The notes beneath the pieces were generated by a model. That model was not told where the DNA came from. It did not search any database and was given only the letters and a program-made list of their open reading frames with translations. Below are positions 60,003-64,000 of a DNA stretch of 64,000 bases, piece by piece. Made by a program: the position numbers and the translations under genes. Numbering within the stretch: the stretch's first letter is position 1; every line of letters begins with the position of its first letter. The stretch is from Craspedostauros australis (lineage: Eukaryota): positions 1 to 64,000 of the forward strand of contig JALAGF010001127.1 in assembly GCA_030167865.1 (NCBI GenBank). The letters run 5' to 3'.

Positions 60003-63000
60003 TTAATCCGACGCATCCGTCAACACGGAAACATCGTCGTCTTCGTGGTCTTCTTCAAGACTATGGCTTTGCTGCATCGTGCCACTTTGATCGTTGGACA
60101 TGTACGACATGCCGCCCCCTCCCCCAGAAACACTACCCTTCGCTGAACTTTGCATCCATTTGGTCTTGTGATCGTTCATATCCACTCCAGCCCGCCACGT
60201 CGATGATCGTCCATTTCGTGACGATGATGCATCAGCCATGGACCCCGTTGTGTTGTGGATGTCAACATCGACAACCCGTTGATGAGCATTCTTGTGGTCA
60301 CCACCCTGAAGCTGCGCTTCGCCACGCCCATCTCCAACGTCCAAGTACTTGGATCTGTGCTCTTGGATATCTTTGACCTTGACGGAGCAGCCCCACTCTC
60401 TGTAGTATTGTACAGCTTGTGCCATGTACTTACAGATAGAATCGTGGAGAGAGGTCTGCAAAGCGTACATGTCCGGGCTGGGCTCGTTGCGAGCGACTCT
60501 CCCGAGCGCTCGAATGAAGTGTTCGGCAGCCTGCTCGCATGCAATGGCGCAATAATGAGTCAAAGATGCCTTCTGGGCCACAACGATGGCCATAGCGTAG
60601 ACGTCTTCTGTGCGGCGGATAGTCGAGAGGCCGGATCCTTTGGCCTTCAGAGAGAGCCTCTCGGCCTTGAGCAACTGCAAGAGGCTCGTTGCATTGCTTC
60701 CCTTGTTGGTGACGAAGGCTCTGGCAAGACCGATTTGCCGCTTCAGCTCCTTCTTGTGTTTGGCCTTGCCTGTGGCGAGATACAAGGCAGACGAAGACAG
60801 TCCTTGGGCGAGGATGACGGTCGTCTCGAAGCAATAGTTCTTGGAGTTATCTGGTAAACCATAGTACAGCTTCGTCATTTGCTGTGCGAGTTCGTATTTG
60901 CGCAAGAGGATGATCGGCCATAGCAACGCAGAGCATCTCACTGTCAACTGAGTTATGTCACTGGGATGGTTCTTCAGGTCCTGCTGTGTGTGTCCCTCGA
61001 TGGCATCCCAATCGATTGGTTGGTCACCAGTCAAGTATTTCGACACCGTCAACAATGCCTCAGATAAGCCACTGTTCATTTTGATATTGTAGACTTGGTA
61101 TTGCTTGAGGACATTCTCCAGGCTTCTCACCAAAGGCTGAAACTTGTATCCAAAGTAAAACGAGATCACGTTGTAGCTTTGAAGGTTCAACAGGCCCAAC
61201 TCGAAGTTTCCAGATTCCATTCCAAGGGAATAGCTTTGGTTGACGGCCTTGATGCATTTGTCATGGGGCTCGCTGCTTAGGTATAACGCTCCAGATGTGA
61301 CCACATGAACCCAAGCAATATCTTCCGGCCCACCTACGATTCGCAAGAGCTTGTGCGCAATGTCAGCACATCGCATCGCCAAGTTTCGATCCTTGGTGGT
61401 GTCAAAGATCATTCCCAGTGTTGCAAACACCAGTGGAGACCTGGGACTGATTCCGTACCGCATGATTATGCGAATCTGTTTCAGCGCTTGCACAAGGCAC
61501 TGTACCATGTCACCGGTGTAAAAAGATCGGACGCCAATCTCGCCGATGAATCGTATTGCCATCAGTATTTTTGGGTCCTGGAGGATGGGCAGATTCAGAA
61601 TGTCCTCATCTGTGTTGTTCTTGAGGAAATCCTTGATCCGTATGAAATCATTCACCGCGTGGAAAAGGTAAAAGCGTCTTGGGAACACGCCGAGATTCCT
61701 TGCCGCCGATAAGCTGACGGCAAGAGACTCTGCCACCTTGTACTCTCGTCCCAACGCTTGGGCCATGATGAGGTGGGTTGGAAGCTTCTCATCCAGCGTT
61801 CGCGCCTTCTTGATGATGGCATTACAATGCTGTAGCCGGTCTCGAAGTTGCCCAATGATAGCTCCACCTCCGACCGGCATCGGAACAGCTCCAGACATAG
61901 ATCATAATGATCCTCCCATGGATTGCGCACGCGTTGCAGCGCTGCGGATGCCTTCTGCAGGTATGTGGCCACTGACGACAGCGCGGCCATCTGGAGTGCC
62001 TTCTGGCCGACTTCGAGGTTGAAGGTGACGAGGAACAGATGATCCTTGGTTGGCATGCTGTTGAGATGATTGGCCGCAATGAAGAGCAGACTATCAACGT
62101 CTCTGATGAAATGCTGATCATCATGCTGCTGCTGGTGGCTTGCATGCTTGGTGCCTGTGGGTCCTTCGGCATCGTCGTGTCCCTCTTGACCTTCCTCTTG
62201 ATCTTCCTCTTCACCTTCCTCTCGATCAGCCATCAATGTCGCTGCTGCTGCTGCTGCTATCATTTTGGACTTTCGGTATATGTCCAGCAGACAGTGGCCA
62301 ATCTGCAACCGGAGCTTGTTGCGGGTCTCACCAAACGGAATCAACCCATGAGCTGCCTGCTGGACACGATCATGTGCGAAGTGGTACCGACTCTCACCGA
62401 TGATGTTCGTGATGAGACCCTCCAGAAGCGCCTTCTCCAGAACAGAGTGCAGTCAATCGATCGTCCATGCGGAAGCTTCCGGTATGGTCATCTGTGCGAC
62501 TCCTCCTTCTGTTGTCACTCCTTCTCGTCCTCTTTGGAACATCATATCCAACCCGCCTTGATCATCCACATGCTGCAACACCACCTGTAGCACATGCATA
62601 TCGAAGGTCGATCGAATGTAGGCTGCGACTGATAGAGCATATTGGAGATCATGTGATTGATCCTTGAGCTGCATCTCAATGATGGCCACGATGTTGTCAC
62701 CGATGGGAAGATCACCACCGCTACCATCGCCGCCACTGGTGGATTGACTCAGATCCCATTCCCATCTCTTGGAGGTGCGATTGTGGAGGATGATGCCCCG
62801 TCTCTTGAGCTCTTCGATGGCCTGGAGCGTGAAGTAGACGTTGCCGTGTGTCTTGTTGTGGATCTTGGATACCAACACCTTGAGGTCGTCGTCATCGCGG
62901 GATCGATGAAGGAGGCGAGACAGCCACTGGGTGCAGTCTGTCACGGATAAATCACCCAGAGTGATCTGCTCCAGTTGCTTGGTGCTCTGGTTGACGTTGA

Positions 63001-64000
63001 TGATGACGTCATCCTGGGACAGCAGCCGGTCGAGAAACGATGTTTGCAAGGGTGCATCTGGCGAGAGCTCCATCGCTTGATGGTTGTGAGGATCTGTCTC
63101 CTGTCGGATCGCACCGAGCAACATGAAGTCGTTGAGACCAGTGTCGGTGAGAAGGGACGCCAGAAGATCCAGTCCGGCTGCGGATGACCATTGCAGGTCA
63201 TCAAGGAAGAGGTAGACGGGTCGTTGCGGAGTGGAGATGGCCTTCATGAACTGGATGAAGATATAGCAGAGCCGGTTCCATGCACTCTGGGAGTTAGCTG
63301 TGGCTGCGGTGTTCCTGGGATCTCCGCCAACGCTAGCTACCTCCGACATGGCGTGACCAAGCACGCTGTTGGTGCATACGGATCGATTGCTCAGGTCATT
63401 GTTGGATGTGACACGTTGCACGCGTCTCTTTGATGGAGTTGATCTGCCGGTCATGACACTCGAAGATGATCCCACAGTGTCGGAGACCAGCACAGATAGA
63501 GATGGGACGACCGCGATCAAAGCTGCCATGGCTGAGTGGGTCTGAGCTGGAGTGCCGATGTGCGTCTGGCTGACCGAGTCGTCGTGAGTGATGTTTTCTT
63601 GGTCTTGGTCTGCGACGTCGGTGTCTGCGGCGAATGCGTTTTGTACACATCGTCGCACTCGCTCGAGCCCATCAGCAGATCCTTGCTTGAGCTGGGTCGC
63701 GAAGTCATCGAGTGCTTGGATGATGGCGGAGAATGGATCATTGCTGCCAGTGTACTCGTCGTACTTTCCACGCATCATGTAGCAGCAGGAGCATCGTTTT
63801 TGTGCCTGCTGCGGATCTTGGTGCTCATCTGTGTGCTTGTTTGACTGGCCTCTGACCCCGCAGGAGCAGCATGTTTGATTGAGAAAGTGCTCGATGAACA
63901 TGGACTTTCCGGTTCCGCTGGTTCCCCAAACCAAGGCAGCTGGGAAGACGGGTTGGTTGTCGTGGATGCGCTGCCGGATGTCGCGCAGATGGCGCAGCTC
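60003..64000 (-). pseudogene. STAND-class AAA ATPase (AAA_16-like) with TPR-like helical C-terminus; 5'-truncated by the window edge; one in-frame TGA and one frameshift
   Basis: The frame is open from 64000. Walker A WGTSGTGKS, GKYD...PFSAI, Walker B LFLDDLQWS, THGNVYF and YHFAHDRVQQAA are present. TGA at 62455-62453 is in frame, and a frameshift near 61830 joins ..FETGY to HCNAIIKKA.. Confidence 0.75.

Overview
Eukaryotic nuclear DNA, most likely a (raphid pennate) diatom. Support: short GT-AG introns, GC3-rich codons producing many antisense shadow ORFs, and diatom-typical families (DUF6824 proteins, TM-cyclase-PDE fusion, RxL/PS-rich secreted protein). The species cannot be determined from the sequence alone. 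About 19 protein-coding loci are supportable. Housekeeping genes: METAP2, GUF1/LepA, 2-oxoglutarate dehydrogenase E1, ABHD11-like hydrolase, TPR-Aha1. Surface/secreted proteins: cupredoxin-like+DUF305, CE4 deacetylase, sulfotransferase-like, and a 1357-aa mucin/silaffin-like protein with 10 x 102-bp repeats. Also present are a receptor cyclase-phosphodiesterase, a dsRBD-DEDDy exonuclease-RG protein, an eIF5A-C-terminal-domain orphan, and a disrupted STAND ATPase running off the right edge. The gene-poor first 9 kb holds a 5 x 29-30 bp palindromic tandem array and a pair of 11-bp-period arrays flanking an AT-rich spacer. I recognised no rRNA, tRNA, CRISPR array or intact transposase. All domain calls come from motif recognition by eye and have not been confirmed by database search.
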